64,000 nt of DNA from an uncultured Clostridia bacterium. Its GTDB lineage: Bacteria > Bacillota > Clostridia > TANB77 > CAG-508. Shown here piece by piece: positions 27,034 to 37,639 of this stretch. The position numbers were made by a program, and so were the translations under genes. The stretch is from assembly GCA_934120675.1 (NCBI GenBank), contig CAKOUU010000006.1, positions 23,408 through 87,407 on the forward strand, in the 5' to 3' direction. A model generated the notes under the pieces. It saw nothing but the letters and a program-made list of their open reading frames with translations. It had not been told where the DNA came from and ran no database searches. The stretch's first letter is position 1, and every line of letters starts with the position of its first letter.

Positions 27034-29883
27034 TTCGATTATACTTCTATAGTGTTTTCTTATTTTTCCTTCTGGTCTTTCTATCTCATTCCAATTTATA
27101 CTTTCTCCTTGAGTATTGACATTTTCTTTTGTTGGAAGATTTATTTTTGTTTTTACATCTTCTTTAGTTGGTAAATTATATTCTTTTAAATTCTTACCTA
27201 TTCCTTGTTTTTGATAGTTGTTTTCTACAAATTGTTGCCAATCTTTAATTGGTAATGCATACTTTTGTTTACCTTTTTTCAAATTAAAAGAACTTGTATT
27301 ATTTTCAGCCTCTGTTTTAGTCTTGTTTGAATTTATAAGGTCAACTATTCTTTGAACAAACTCTTTATTTGCCTTCTTTCTGTCACCTAAATCATCTAAA
27401 TCATATTTATTATATATATTATCATATATTTTTTCTATATCTTTTGACGTTGTTTTTAGTATTGTATCATTAGGAATCACAACATTTTCTCCATCTATGC
27501 CTTCACCTGTTATTTTTCCTGTAAAAAAGTTCACTTCTGGTGCATCTAAATAATGATGGTCTTTTTCATAATTAAAAAAGAAATCAGCACCATCATCAGA
27601 CAAATCAAAAACTGAGGCTCCATTTGTCACATATCCTTCGTCTAATGCAATTTCCCTCTTTATATTAAGATTTTCTTCATTAGACATGTTATTATATTCT
27701 TCTTGAGTAACACCATATTTCTCTAATAATGGATTTTTTTCTATATAATTATCGTTTTTATCATAAAAACTTTCATAATTATCATTTATTAAATCCTCAA
27801 CCTGCTCTTCCCACATTGAAACACCCGATTTATGTTCTTTTCCCTTAAATTCACCTTTTTTATCGAATCTATAATATATATTATGTTCTTCTTGATTTTT
27901 ATCTATATATTTTGCTTTTCTATCCGAATTAATTTTTATTGAATTATTTTCGTTTTTTTGCATAGAATATTTTTGTAATGGTTTTTTATTGACATTTTGT
28001 TTTGTTGATGATAAACTATTAATAGGTAAGTCGTTTGAACTTCCAATTATAGCTGAACTCTTTTTGGAGTTGGAAGCTAAGGGAAGCAAATCACTACCTA
28101 TTTTTTTTATGTTTGTGATATCATATAAATATTTTTTACCATTAGCATCATTTCTTATTACAATAGTTCCACTATATATTTGTTCTTTTCCTTTATGGTC
28201 AAATGAAAATTTTGTATCATATTTATAAAATCCATATTTTGCATCGATATTATGTTTTATTTTTTGATTTTTTTCATAAATTCTATTTGATGCATTTTCA
28301 ATTATTTCTTTTAAACCGCTACTTGCCCTTCCTTTTGCTAATTTATTAGGTAAAGGTAAGTTTTGACTTGATTTTGAAAAGGCATATTCAGATGGTAAAT
28401 CTTTTCCTAAATAAACTTTTTGACCACTTTCAATTATATTAGCATATTCATTTATATTCTCTTCTAAATAATCTTTAATTGTATTATTTATTGATTTCTG
28501 CTTGTTATTTTCAAATATATCGTCATCTATTTTTACTCTATTAAAACTCCCGTCTTCATTATATATAACAGAATATTTCAAATTACTATCATTTTTACTA
28601 AATTCTTGATTATAAGCTGTTTCAAATTTATTTTTTATATCAGTCCAAAATAATTTTTCATTTTTGCCACCAGTAAATTTATTCAATTTATCAATTACCC
28701 AGTTATATATTTTCTTTGCAACAGATTGATTTTGATTAACAAGTCTATTTACATATTCTTGACTTCCTAGTTCTCTCTGTAAAATACTCATAGTTGCCTT
28801 TTCATCAACTATTTTATTGAAATTTTCATCTGATATTTGTATATTATCATTTTCATATGCCTGTTTATATGTATTTTCTAGTGATTTTCTTGCACTTTCC
28901 CAATTTTCTTTTCTACTAGCATCTTTCAATATCATATTTTGTACTTCATTCAAATCTAAATCATGTCCTAACTCATGTATTGCAAGTTCTTGAACCCTTG
29001 TCTTAGTATCTTGTGCTTTAGGATTAAATACAACCTCTCTTCCTGATATGTTACCTTGCTCATCATATGTTGGTTTCCAAACAGAAAAAGCATCATTATT
29101 ATTTTGAAAAGTATTCTCATCAAAATAAGCATTAATTTTTCTTCTATCAAACATTTGCTTTATTTCTTTTAAATCTTCATTTTGATAATCTATGTTATAT
29201 TGTTTTGCACTTTCATTAAAATCTTTTGTGTTTGTTTTATTCGTGGTATTATTTTCTTTCAGATTAGATTTTGAAGTATTTTCATCTTGTATTGGTATAA
29301 TTTGTTGGTCTTTGGTTTTAAATTGATTTTTAGTTGGTAAATTAAAAGAACTAGATTTTTCTAGTCCTTGATTATTTTTCTCAAGTGTTGAATTGCTTGA
29401 TGTTCTGTCATTATATTCTTGTACTCTATTAAATAGTCTATCATTTGTTGCTGCTGTTCTTTCGTTTCCAAGTTGGTTCCTATTATCATCCATGCTTCCT
29501 TTGAAAAATTCAGTTCTCTCATTAGATTCATTAATTTCTGTTCTGTTTTTGTTATTTTCATTGTAATTATTCTCCCACTTTTTAATACTTTGTTTATCTG
29601 CCTTGTTAATTCCTATATTATTCCAGCTTTCAACAAATTTGACTGGTACTTCTTTTATTCCAAGCTCTTTTGCTATTTGTAATCTATGATTTCCATTTTC
29701 TATTTCAATACTACCATCTTTGTTTTTGAATAATTCTATCGGATTTTTTATTCCATTTTCTTGTATATCTTTTTTCAAGTTTTCCATTTGTTGTTTATCT
29801 CTATATCCGCCATATGTTTTTAATTTAAAAATTTCTTCTGTTGGAACATTTTTAACTTCTCCTAAGGCAATATTATTATACAA
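27022..29883 (-). CDS. ParB/Srx-like nuclease domain plus HExxH zincin-motif protein fragment (polyvalent-protein-like), lying between two CRISPR repeats
   Basis: The N-terminal region has NPIELFKNKDGSIEIENGNHRLQIAKELGIKEVPVKFV, and AIHELGHD lies mid-protein. The frame is open from inside repeat 29953-29982 to a TAA inside repeat 27004-27033. The track start is a TTG without SD. Confidence 0.6.
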   Translation of the reverse strand: MYNNIALGEVKNVPTEEIFKLKTYGGYRDKQQMENLKKDIQENGIKNPIELFKNKDGSIEIENGNHRLQIAKELGIKEVPVKFVESWNNIGINKADKQSIKKWENNYNENNKNRTEINESNERTEFFKGSMDDNRNQLGNERTAATNDRLFNRVQEYNDRTSSNSTLEKNNQGLEKSSSFNLPTKNQFKTKDQQIIPIQDENTSKSNLKENNTTNKTNTKDFNESAKQYNIDYQNEDLKEIKQMFDRRKINAYFDENTFQNNNDAFSVWKPTYDEQGNISGREVVFNPKAQDTKTRVQELAIHELGHDLDLNEVQNMILKDASRKENWESARKSLENTYKQAYENDNIQISDENFNKIVDEKATMSILQRELGSQEYVNRLVNQNQSVAKKIYNWVIDKLNKFTGGKNEKLFWTDIKNKFETAYNQEFSKNDSNLKYSVIYNEDGSFNRVKIDDDIFENNKQKSINNTIKDYLEENINEYANIIESGQKVYLGKDLPSEYAFSKSSQNLPLPNKLAKGRASSGLKEIIENASNRIYEKNQKIKHNIDAKYGFYKYDTKFSFDHKGKEQIYSGTIVIRNDANGKKYLYDITNIKKIGSDLLPLASNSKKSSAIIGSSNDLPINSLSSTKQNVNKKPLQKYSMQKNENNSIKINSDRKAKYIDKNQEEHNIYYRFDKKGEFKGKEHKSGVSMWEEQVEDLINDNYESFYDKNDNYIEKNPLLEKYGVTQEEYNNMSNEENLNIKREIALDEGYVTNGASVFDLSDDGADFFFNYEKDHHYLDAPEVNFFTGKITGEGIDGENVVIPNDTILKTTSKDIEKIYDNIYNKYDLDDLGDRKKANKEFVQRIVDLINSNKTKTEAENNTSSFNLKKGKQKYALPIKDWQQFVENNYQKQGIGKNLKEYNLPTKEDVKTKINLPTKENVNTQGESINWNEIERPEGKIRKHYRSIIEAVI

Positions 29884-29952
29884 TGTTTTTTGATTATTTG
29901 CAATATTATTTATTTGCTTTTTATTTCCATTTTGAGCATTTTTATTTTCAAT

Positions 29953-31683
29953 ATTTATATTCTACTATATTTAAATAACTACATGTTCCTTTCATTTAAT
30001 TATTCTTAACTCTAAATCATTTATATTCTACTATATTTAAATAACTACGGAAACAATGCTTATGCAAGCAACCCTATGTGGTATAAAGAATTTATATTCT
30101 ACTATATTTAAATAACTACATGTTAGAACTGATGGAAGGTACATATTCAAACAAATTTATATTCTACTATATTTAAATAACTACTTCATTTACATTATCA
30201 TTTACATTATTTATATTCTACTATATTTAAATAACTACTTGATAATTACTAGAATTATACATTCCAACTTTATTATTTATATTCTACTATATTTAAATAA
30301 CTACCACTTGCAGGAAATTTACTTGTTACCATAACATAATTTATATTCTACTATATTTAAATAACTACGATTTAAGCAAAACTAACAATTCGATAACAGT
30401 TTCGGAATTTATATTCTACTATATTTAAATAACTACAATTACCTGAACTAGTTCAAGAAAATGATTATAAATTATTTATATTCTACTATATTTAAATAAC
30501 TACTTTTAATAGATATGGAACATTAGATTTATATTTAGAATTTATATTCTACTATATTTAAATAACTACCTGGTGTTAAATGTAATTATGTTGCTTTGAT
30601 GTATATTTAATTCTACTATATTTAAATAACTACATTGATATCTTTTCCAATTGTGATTCTTGCACCCCAATTTATATTCTACTATATTTAAATAACTACC
30701 TAATCTTCCACTCAATGTTTTGGGAATGTTAAAGTATATTTATATTCTACTATATTTAAATAACTACAGATTTTATGATAGAAGAAAATTACGCACAAGG
30801 TTAATTTATATTCTACTATATTTAAATAACTACCCAAGTGGTATTCTATCTCCTTCTAAAACTTTAAGATTTATATTCTACTATATTTAAATAACTACAT
30901 ATTTTCTTTTATTTCTGTATATTCTAAATTTTCATTTATATTCTACTATATTTAAATAACTACGCAGATATTGCACCAAAATTAAAAATGAGTGTCGAAT
31001 TTATATTCTACTATATTTAAATAACTACCAAAAGAAAGTTATATGGCTAATTGCTATAAAGTATTTATATTCTACTATATTTAAATAACTACACCTTCTT
31101 TATTTATAAAAATCTATATAATAAAGAAATTTATATTCTACTATATTTAAATAACTACCGTATAATTTAGTATCTTGTCCAAAATCTTCTTGATAAATTT
31201 ATATTCTACTATATTTAAATAACTACACTGTACTTACACTTCTTAATTGTTCCTCTATTACATTTATATTCTACTATATTTAAATAACTACATAAACTAT
31301 TAATTATAGTAATATCTTCTACATCATTTATATTCTACTATATTTAAATAACTACCTTGATAAATTTGCTCTTGAAGAGGATTTTATTGAAAAATTTATA
31401 TTCTACTATATTTAAATAACTACCTCCTGTTTCTTCATTAACAAGAGGTTCTTTCATATTTATATTCTACTATATTTAAATAACTACGGCAAAACAGTAG
31501 CAGTATATGAGAGAACACAAGCATTTATATTCTACTATATTTAAATAACTACAAGGAGAGTGTAAGATTATGATAAAATCAAGTAAATTTATATTCTACT
31601 ATATTTAAATAACTACAGAATCCAACTCTATATTTTCATAACTTAAAATTTGAATTTATATTCTACTATATTTAAATAACTAC
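29953..31683 (-). CRISPR. Main CRISPR array: 27 repeats of 30 nt, 26 spacers (24-41 nt, mostly 34-38)
   Basis: The repeat is ATTTATATTCTACTATATTTAAATAACTAC on plus, or GTAGTTATTTAAATATAGTAGAATATAAAT in the transcribed minus orientation, which is clostridial I-B-like. The repeat at 30605-30633 has a 1-nt deletion. All others are perfect. Confidence 0.97.
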
Positions 31684-31862
31684 AGGTAAAAAAATGTGCC
31701 TTACTACACGCCAACTCTAATGATATAATCTGTCTATCTATACACATATTACCACGGAAAAAACAAAAATGAAATATCAATTTAATTAAAACTTTATATT
31801 TCAATAAATTTCCTATCTGTCGTTAACCATATATTTCAGCCACATTTCACATCGACAGATAT
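31684..31862 (-). promoter_or_regulatory. CRISPR leader
   Basis: This AT-rich 179-nt non-coding stretch lies between the cas2 stop and the first repeat, in the same orientation as the cas operon. Confidence 0.7.
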
Positions 31863-32147
31863 TTATAAAAAATTATCTGTCACATCATCCTCAATCTTTC
31901 CCCAAAACTCCTTTTCTAACCACCTTTGACTTCTGCTCTTAAAGAAAATAACACTATCCTTATCCTCTCTAATCCATCTATTTAATTCAGACTTTAACTT
32001 TAATGCTTGAGACTCTAATAATTCGCCTTCAAATACTGAATTTTGAATATGTACCAAATATTTTTTGCATGTTTTAAACACTCTTCTTAGGACTCTTTGT
32101 CCTTCTTTATCCTCTAAATTAATATCATACACTAAAATAACATACAT
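31863..32147 (-). CDS. cas2: CRISPR-associated endoribonuclease Cas2
   Basis: It reads MYVILVYDINLEDKEGQRVLRRVFKTCKKYL...; the start at 32147 lies directly after the cas1 stop. Confidence 0.9.
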   Translation of the reverse strand: MYVILVYDINLEDKEGQRVLRRVFKTCKKYLVHIQNSVFEGELLESQALKLKSELNRWIREDKDSVIFFKSRSQRWLEKEFWGKIEDDVTDNFL

Positions 32148-32148
32148 A

Positions 32149-33141
32149 TTACCACCACATTTTAAACCCTTCATACTTTTCATCTTCTAATAAATGTTTG
32201 ATTAGCTTATAAACTTCTAATCTCATTAAATACTCATAACTAACTTCTCTGCCCAATTTTTTATGTTTAATTTTTGTTTGTAGCCTTAAATCAATTTCTC
32301 TTGTAATCTCTTTTCTTGCCTTATCTTTTATATATGTAAAATTCAATCCATCTTCAAAATCCTTTTCCGTTATCTGTTTTTTATTTAACATTGAAAAAAT
32401 CAGTCTATCCGCTATGATTGGTTTAAAGATTTCGGAAATATCTAAGCATAAAGAAAATCTTCTTTCTGATGGTTCATGTAAATAACTTATAGTTGGATTT
32501 AATTGTGTCTTATAAATTTCACTTAATACTCTTGTATATATAATTGTATTGACATATGAAATTAGCGAATTTATTGCATTATCAGGTGGATTTTTTACTC
32601 TTTTTTCAAATGCTATATCTTGATTTATTATTATATTCCATGTATCATAATATACTTTTCTTATATTTCCTTCTATTCCCATCAATTCTGGTACATCTTT
32701 ACACAAATTTATCTGTTTTCTTAAATAGTCTATTTCTTCCATATATTTCTTTAAGTCTTTTCCTCTATTATTGTAATATGTTAAATTTCTGTAAATATTG
32801 TATGATGCAGCTTCTATAAATGCTTTTGCAATGTTTAATCTTTTTTCTTTGTCCTTGTAATGTTCAACTTGTTTTATAAGCAATTTTCCTGAAACAAGTG
32901 ATTCTTTTGGATAATATGTTCCTGTATAAAATCCATAATAATTAAAAAAGTGTATATTTACTCCATATGATGATAAAAAGTTTAATAAACTTGTATTAAA
33001 ATCTAATTCTGTCATTACATATATATCGTCAACTCTTTCTACTGGTATTGATTTCTTTGTATTATCTTTGTATACAATTTCTAAAGTGTTGTCTTTTCTT
33101 TGTAGTCTCCCGCTTCTATATAAATAATAAGATTGTTTCAT
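32149..33141 (-). CDS. cas1: CRISPR-associated endonuclease Cas1 (I-B type)
   Basis: It reads MKQSYYLYRSGRLQRKDNTL... and has Cas1 hallmarks (LNPTISYLHEP, SLCLDISEIFKP). SD aaggagg lies upstream. Confidence 0.9.
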   Translation of the reverse strand: MKQSYYLYRSGRLQRKDNTLEIVYKDNTKKSIPVERVDDIYVMTELDFNTSLLNFLSSYGVNIHFFNYYGFYTGTYYPKESLVSGKLLIKQVEHYKDKEKRLNIAKAFIEAASYNIYRNLTYYNNRGKDLKKYMEEIDYLRKQINLCKDVPELMGIEGNIRKVYYDTWNIIINQDIAFEKRVKNPPDNAINSLISYVNTIIYTRVLSEIYKTQLNPTISYLHEPSERRFSLCLDISEIFKPIIADRLIFSMLNKKQITEKDFEDGLNFTYIKDKARKEITREIDLRLQTKIKHKKLGREVSYEYLMRLEVYKLIKHLLEDEKYEGFKMWW

Positions 33142-33151
33142 GTCTTCCTCC

Positions 33152-33640
33152 TTATACATAACATAAATCATAATATGAACATTTAGTACATATCTTTGAA
33201 TTAATTGTTTTGGGTGGTTTATCCATTTCTACTATTTCTTGTATGTTTTTTATTACATTATCTAATATTTTATTATCTTCATCTTCTAATATTATTTCTT
33301 TTGATTCCCTTAAAAGAGGAAAGTCTATTTTTGCTTGTATATTTTTTACACCTTTGTTTTCTAAATAATACATATAATATTTTATTTGCCATATTCCAGC
33401 ATCTTCAATTGATTTCGTCTTTTTAACTTCATGTAGTACTGCTCCATTTTTTATAAAGTCTATATTTATTGTATTGTCAATTAGAATTTGTTTCTTTTCT
33501 TTGCTATATGTTGTTTCATCAATTATTTTTCCTATTTCTACTAATTCACTATTTTGTTCCATATTGATTTGATTGTCAAAATACCATAATCTTCTATGAC
33601 ATATAAAGTAATAGTATATCATTATTCCTGTAACATTCAT
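33152..33640 (-). CDS. cas4: CRISPR-associated exonuclease Cas4
   Basis: It has an N-terminal Cys (YYYFICHRRLWY) and the C-terminal CTKCSYYDLC cluster of the RecB-like Cas4 family. Confidence 0.85.
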   Translation of the reverse strand: MNVTGIMIYYYFICHRRLWYFDNQINMEQNSELVEIGKIIDETTYSKEKKQILIDNTINIDFIKNGAVLHEVKKTKSIEDAGIWQIKYYMYYLENKGVKNIQAKIDFPLLRESKEIILEDEDNKILDNVIKNIQEIVEMDKPPKTINSKICTKCSYYDLCYV

Positions 33641-33754
33641 TACATCATCTCTTTCTACACAAATTTATTTATTTGATTTACAAATTCTTAAATATACTTG
33701 TTGCAAGCCACATTTTTATTACACTATGAAATAATCTGTGACTTGCAACATATC

Positions 33755-35947
33755 TTACAATTCTCTTGAACTTATTGAATATTCTTCATCATTTTCCAAA
33801 AGTAAACCAATTTCTTTATCATATTTTGTATCAATAATATATTTTCCTTTAATGTATGGACATTCTGTTATGACATTTCCTAATTTCCATTTGTTAGAAC
33901 TATTAATTGATATAAATAGTTTATCTATTCTTCGTTTTAACTCATATTTTTTCTTTTTGTCTGACTCCTTTGAATATTCTTCAAATAAATTTAGATTATC
34001 ATCATAAATAATTTTAGGAATAACATCAATATTATCAATATTTCTCAATATTTTTTGTGCATCCTTTTTACTTGTATCATAATCAATAATGTTATCTAGT
34101 ACTCGAAACGCATCATTGAAATTTTTGTAAAACTCAGTATTTTGTAGCATTTCTTTTGAATATAATTTATCAACTAAAGCTATTTTTGTTTTTTCTTCTA
34201 AAATTTGTCCGCTATGCTCTTGCAATAAATCAATACTTTTTTGATATATTTCTTTATCATATATGTATCCAACACCACTTGTTTCTTTTATATAAATTTT
34301 TACATTTGACTCTTTTCCTTTATATTCTCTACTTCTATAGCATCTTCCAAATCTTTGAAATAAACTGTCTAGTGTGGACATTTCTGTATATAGCATATCA
34401 AAGTCTATGTCTAATGAAGCCTCTACTATTTGTGTTGTTATCCATATTCCTGATTCAGCTTTTTGTTTTGAAAATTCTTTTATGCTTCTTTCTTTTTCAC
34501 TTCTATCTTCTTGTTCAAATCTTGAATGTAATAAATTTACTTTTTCTACTCCATAATTTTTTAATGCTTTATATAATTCTATTGCTTTGTTTATTGTGTT
34601 TACTATTATTAATACTTTTTTATTTTTTGCTTTTTCTTTTATTTCTTCTATTTCTTCATTAATTGATTTATCTATTATTTCAAATTTATGTCTTTTTGTA
34701 TCTTTTATAAATTCATTATATTCAAATTTTATTCCCATTACTTGTAGTTTTTCTCTGTATATTCTAGGAAGTGTTGCTGTTATTACCATAAATTTTCCAT
34801 CTAAGTTGTTTATCATTTGAAGTCCTTTTAATAGTACCGCTACTATTTCTGGTGAATATGCTTGTATCTCATCTATTACGACTTTTGAGTAACTTAGAGT
34901 TGCATATATTTTTTCATATCCTCTGTACTTAAATACAAATGGAAAGATTTGGTCTATTGTACATGTTGTGATTTTTTCATACAAATTTCTAGCTTGTTGT
35001 ATTTTATTAAATTCATTTTCTTCATTTTTTTCGTCTAAATAGTCTAATGCTGTTGAGTGTAATAGTCCAACATGTTTGTATCCTATTGTTTCTTTTATTC
35101 TGTCATATATTGCATTTATGCTTATTCTTAAAGGTAGTGTGAAAAATGTTTTGTCATTTTTGCTCCATAAAAGTGCTCCTTCTGTTTTTCCCATTCCTGT
35201 TGAGCCTATTACTATTACATTTTTGTCTTGATTTTTTTCTGCAAATTGTTGTAAATCGTTTTCTTTGAAGTTTTGCTTTTTCATAAATTCTTCTACAAAA
35301 TCTGCTATTTCTTCTTTTGTTTCGTCTTCTACTGTTATCCATGCTGAACTACAATAGTCTAGTCTATGTAATAGTCCTTTCATTAGGCAATATTCGTTAT
35401 ATAACTCATCTCCTTCTGTTATTCTCGCTTGTCCTTCTACCATTCCTAAATAAAATGTACTTAATTTTGGTATTTCAATTTGTAATTCTTTTTCTATTTT
35501 TTTGATGTTTGGCTCTATATCTTCTTTTATTATTTCTTCTAGTAGTTCACTGTTTATGTGTATTTTATTGTCTCTTTCGTGATGATAATAGATTGCTTGA
35601 TATACTAGTTTTCTTTCTTTTTTTGTCATTTCATATTGTTTGTATGGCACAAACATTGGAGATATTTGTTCATGTTTTATTTCTTGATTGTTAAATTTTG
35701 TTGGTATTAGTTCTTCTCCTATTGCTTCTCTTATTGCATTTTGAAATCCTGAAAATACTTTTCCTGCATCATGATATTTGCATACTATTTTCATTAGTTG
35801 CCAGAATCTTTCTTCTGGCATTTCTATTGATTGTGTTATTTTTTCTCCATATCCCTTTTTTAATATTTCTAAGTTCTCTAATAGTTTATCTGTGTGTTCT
35901 TTTATTGTTTCTATTGGATTTGATTTTGCATAATATTTATACTCCAT
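33755..35947 (-). CDS. cas3: CRISPR-associated helicase/nuclease Cas3 (HD domain fused)
   Basis: HD motifs (KYHDAGK, YYHHERD), helicase motif I GSTGMGKTE and motif II DEIQ are present. The likely start MEYKYYAKSNP overlaps the cas5 end. Confidence 0.9.
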   Translation of the reverse strand: MEYKYYAKSNPIETIKEHTDKLLENLEILKKGYGEKITQSIEMPEERFWQLMKIVCKYHDAGKVFSGFQNAIREAIGEELIPTKFNNQEIKHEQISPMFVPYKQYEMTKKERKLVYQAIYYHHERDNKIHINSELLEEIIKEDIEPNIKKIEKELQIEIPKLSTFYLGMVEGQARITEGDELYNEYCLMKGLLHRLDYCSSAWITVEDETKEEIADFVEEFMKKQNFKENDLQQFAEKNQDKNVIVIGSTGMGKTEGALLWSKNDKTFFTLPLRISINAIYDRIKETIGYKHVGLLHSTALDYLDEKNEENEFNKIQQARNLYEKITTCTIDQIFPFVFKYRGYEKIYATLSYSKVVIDEIQAYSPEIVAVLLKGLQMINNLDGKFMVITATLPRIYREKLQVMGIKFEYNEFIKDTKRHKFEIIDKSINEEIEEIKEKAKNKKVLIIVNTINKAIELYKALKNYGVEKVNLLHSRFEQEDRSEKERSIKEFSKQKAESGIWITTQIVEASLDIDFDMLYTEMSTLDSLFQRFGRCYRSREYKGKESNVKIYIKETSGVGYIYDKEIYQKSIDLLQEHSGQILEEKTKIALVDKLYSKEMLQNTEFYKNFNDAFRVLDNIIDYDTSKKDAQKILRNIDNIDVIPKIIYDDNLNLFEEYSKESDKKKKYELKRRIDKLFISINSSNKWKLGNVITECPYIKGKYIIDTKYDKEIGLLLENDEEYSISSREL

Positions 35948-36602
35948 TTGGCATCCTTTCACTATAAAAATATATATTGTCTCCGTCTTCATCCTGTAAT
36001 ATTTCTTCAATACCTTTATTAGTATATTTTTCTATATATTTTACATTTACTTTGTTCCATTGTCTTATATCATTTTTTATTTTGTATGTAGTATTTAGTT
36101 TGTAATTAATTCCTTCTATTTCGTTATCTATCCATTCCGGTACATATGCATTAATTTCTATTTTCGCTTCATCTATTTCTTTTACCTCTTTTAAAACTTT
36201 AATTTCGTCTATCCTTACAAGGTCTTCGTTTCTTCCTAGTGTGAATGTTTCTGTTCCGTTTATTATGTTTTCATATATTTTGTCTATGACGTCATCTTCT
36301 GCCTGTACATGTATAATTAAATTGACATTTAGTAATTGATGTACATTTCTTGGCATTGATGTTACTTTGTCTTTTCCTTTATACATTCTTAAATTTTGAT
36401 AGTTGCTAAATATTCCTTCATAGTTTCCTTGTATAGAAATGTTCATTGGAAAGTATTCTCCTGGTTGCGCTTGCAAGATTTTATGGAACATTCCTATTAC
36501 TGTTGAGTATGGTGGTAATGGATATGTTTCTGCTACTTTTGTGGCAAATGGCTTTTTATAACATGCTGTTTCTTGGTATAGTTTTAGTTTTAATATTTTC
36601 AT
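35937..36602 (-). CDS. cas5: Type I-B Cas5
   Basis: It has MKILKLKLYQETACYKKPFA..YPLPPYSTVIGM, typical of a Cas5 N-terminus. Confidence 0.85.
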   Translation of the reverse strand: MKILKLKLYQETACYKKPFATKVAETYPLPPYSTVIGMFHKILQAQPGEYFPMNISIQGNYEGIFSNYQNLRMYKGKDKVTSMPRNVHQLLNVNLIIHVQAEDDVIDKIYENIINGTETFTLGRNEDLVRIDEIKVLKEVKEIDEAKIEINAYVPEWIDNEIEGINYKLNTTYKIKNDIRQWNKVNVKYIEKYTNKGIEEILQDEDGDNIYFYSERMPNGV

Positions 36603-36672
36603 TTATACCAATCCTTTCTTTTATGCTTTGTAATATTTTTTCATTTCTTCTATGTTGAAAAATTTATTAAGT

Positions 36673-37581
36673 TTATGCTTTATAGTATTCTTCGACTTTT
36701 TCTTTTAGATTTTTAAAGATTTCTTCTATGTTTGTTGTTTTTCCTTCAAATATTTCTTCTATTTCTTTTTCATTTTTGAATGTGTTTTTTACTATTCCTA
36801 TTTTTGTGTCTTCTGATATTGAGTTTTCTCCTATTGTTAATGTTGCTGTGTCTTTTAACATTTCTGTGTCTATACTGAATTGTCCGTCTTTTCCGTTTAG
36901 TTTTATTCTTCCTAGGAAAAATGGTGAGTTTATGTCATACATTCCTCCTATTACAAATACTGGACTTAAGTTTTCTTCTCTTCCTCTTATTTCTCTGTTT
37001 AGGATTTTTACTATGTCTAGCAATTGGTTGATTCTTTTTGCTTTTTCTTCGTTTGGTAGTTCTATTTCTCCGTCTTTTCCTATTTTTTCTAGGTCTATTG
37101 TTATTGTGTATGTGTAGTAACTTAAGTGTTGTTCGATGTTTGCAAGGTTTGGAAATTCTCCTATTCTGTCTGCTAGTCCTTTATTGTTTAAAAATTCCAT
37201 ATCACTTTTATAGTCTTCTAATGATATTGCATTACTTAGTCTTACTGCTGCACTTCTTATGTTTGAGCCGTCATTTTTCGCTGTCTTCATGTATCCAAAT
37301 AAGTCCATTTCTTCTGAATCTTGTATTGTTAATTTGTCATCAAATTGGATTGTTCCTTTTTCTTTATTTACTACTTGTAAATTCCAATCAAACATTTTAT
37401 TTCCAAGTCTTACTATGTCATATCTTATTGCTTGTCTTGATGCAAATGTGTATACACTTCCGTCTCCTCTTGTTAATTTCTTTAGTTCTGATATATTACC
37501 TATTCCTTCTCCGTAGTTTAAACTTTGGCCTTTAAATATTATTGTTATTGATAATCCTTTTTTATTTTTTATATTCTCCAT
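36673..37581 (-). CDS. cas7: Type I-B Cas7 (Cst2/DevR/Csh2 family)
   Basis: It has LSITIIFKGQSLNYGEG..NISELKK...YTFASRQAIRYDI. Confidence 0.85.
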   Translation of the reverse strand: MENIKNKKGLSITIIFKGQSLNYGEGIGNISELKKLTRGDGSVYTFASRQAIRYDIVRLGNKMFDWNLQVVNKEKGTIQFDDKLTIQDSEEMDLFGYMKTAKNDGSNIRSAAVRLSNAISLEDYKSDMEFLNNKGLADRIGEFPNLANIEQHLSYYTYTITIDLEKIGKDGEIELPNEEKAKRINQLLDIVKILNREIRGREENLSPVFVIGGMYDINSPFFLGRIKLNGKDGQFSIDTEMLKDTATLTIGENSISEDTKIGIVKNTFKNEKEIEEIFEGKTTNIEEIFKNLKEKVEEYYKA

Positions 37582-37639
37582 TTTATTTCCTTCCTTTCTC
37601 TTTTTTGTTCTTCATTGTTATATGATTTTTATTATATTT

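Noticed and set aside
29983-31653. Self-targeting spacers matching other parts of this window (the embedded 2.9-kb insert, the tnpV region, the mobile-element module).
   Set aside because: I looked by eye for distinctive spacer k-mers (for example gcaaccctatgtgg, cttgcacccca, ggcaaaacagtagc, gagtgtcga) elsewhere in the window and saw none. This is not exhaustive and should be repeated with BLASTN-short.
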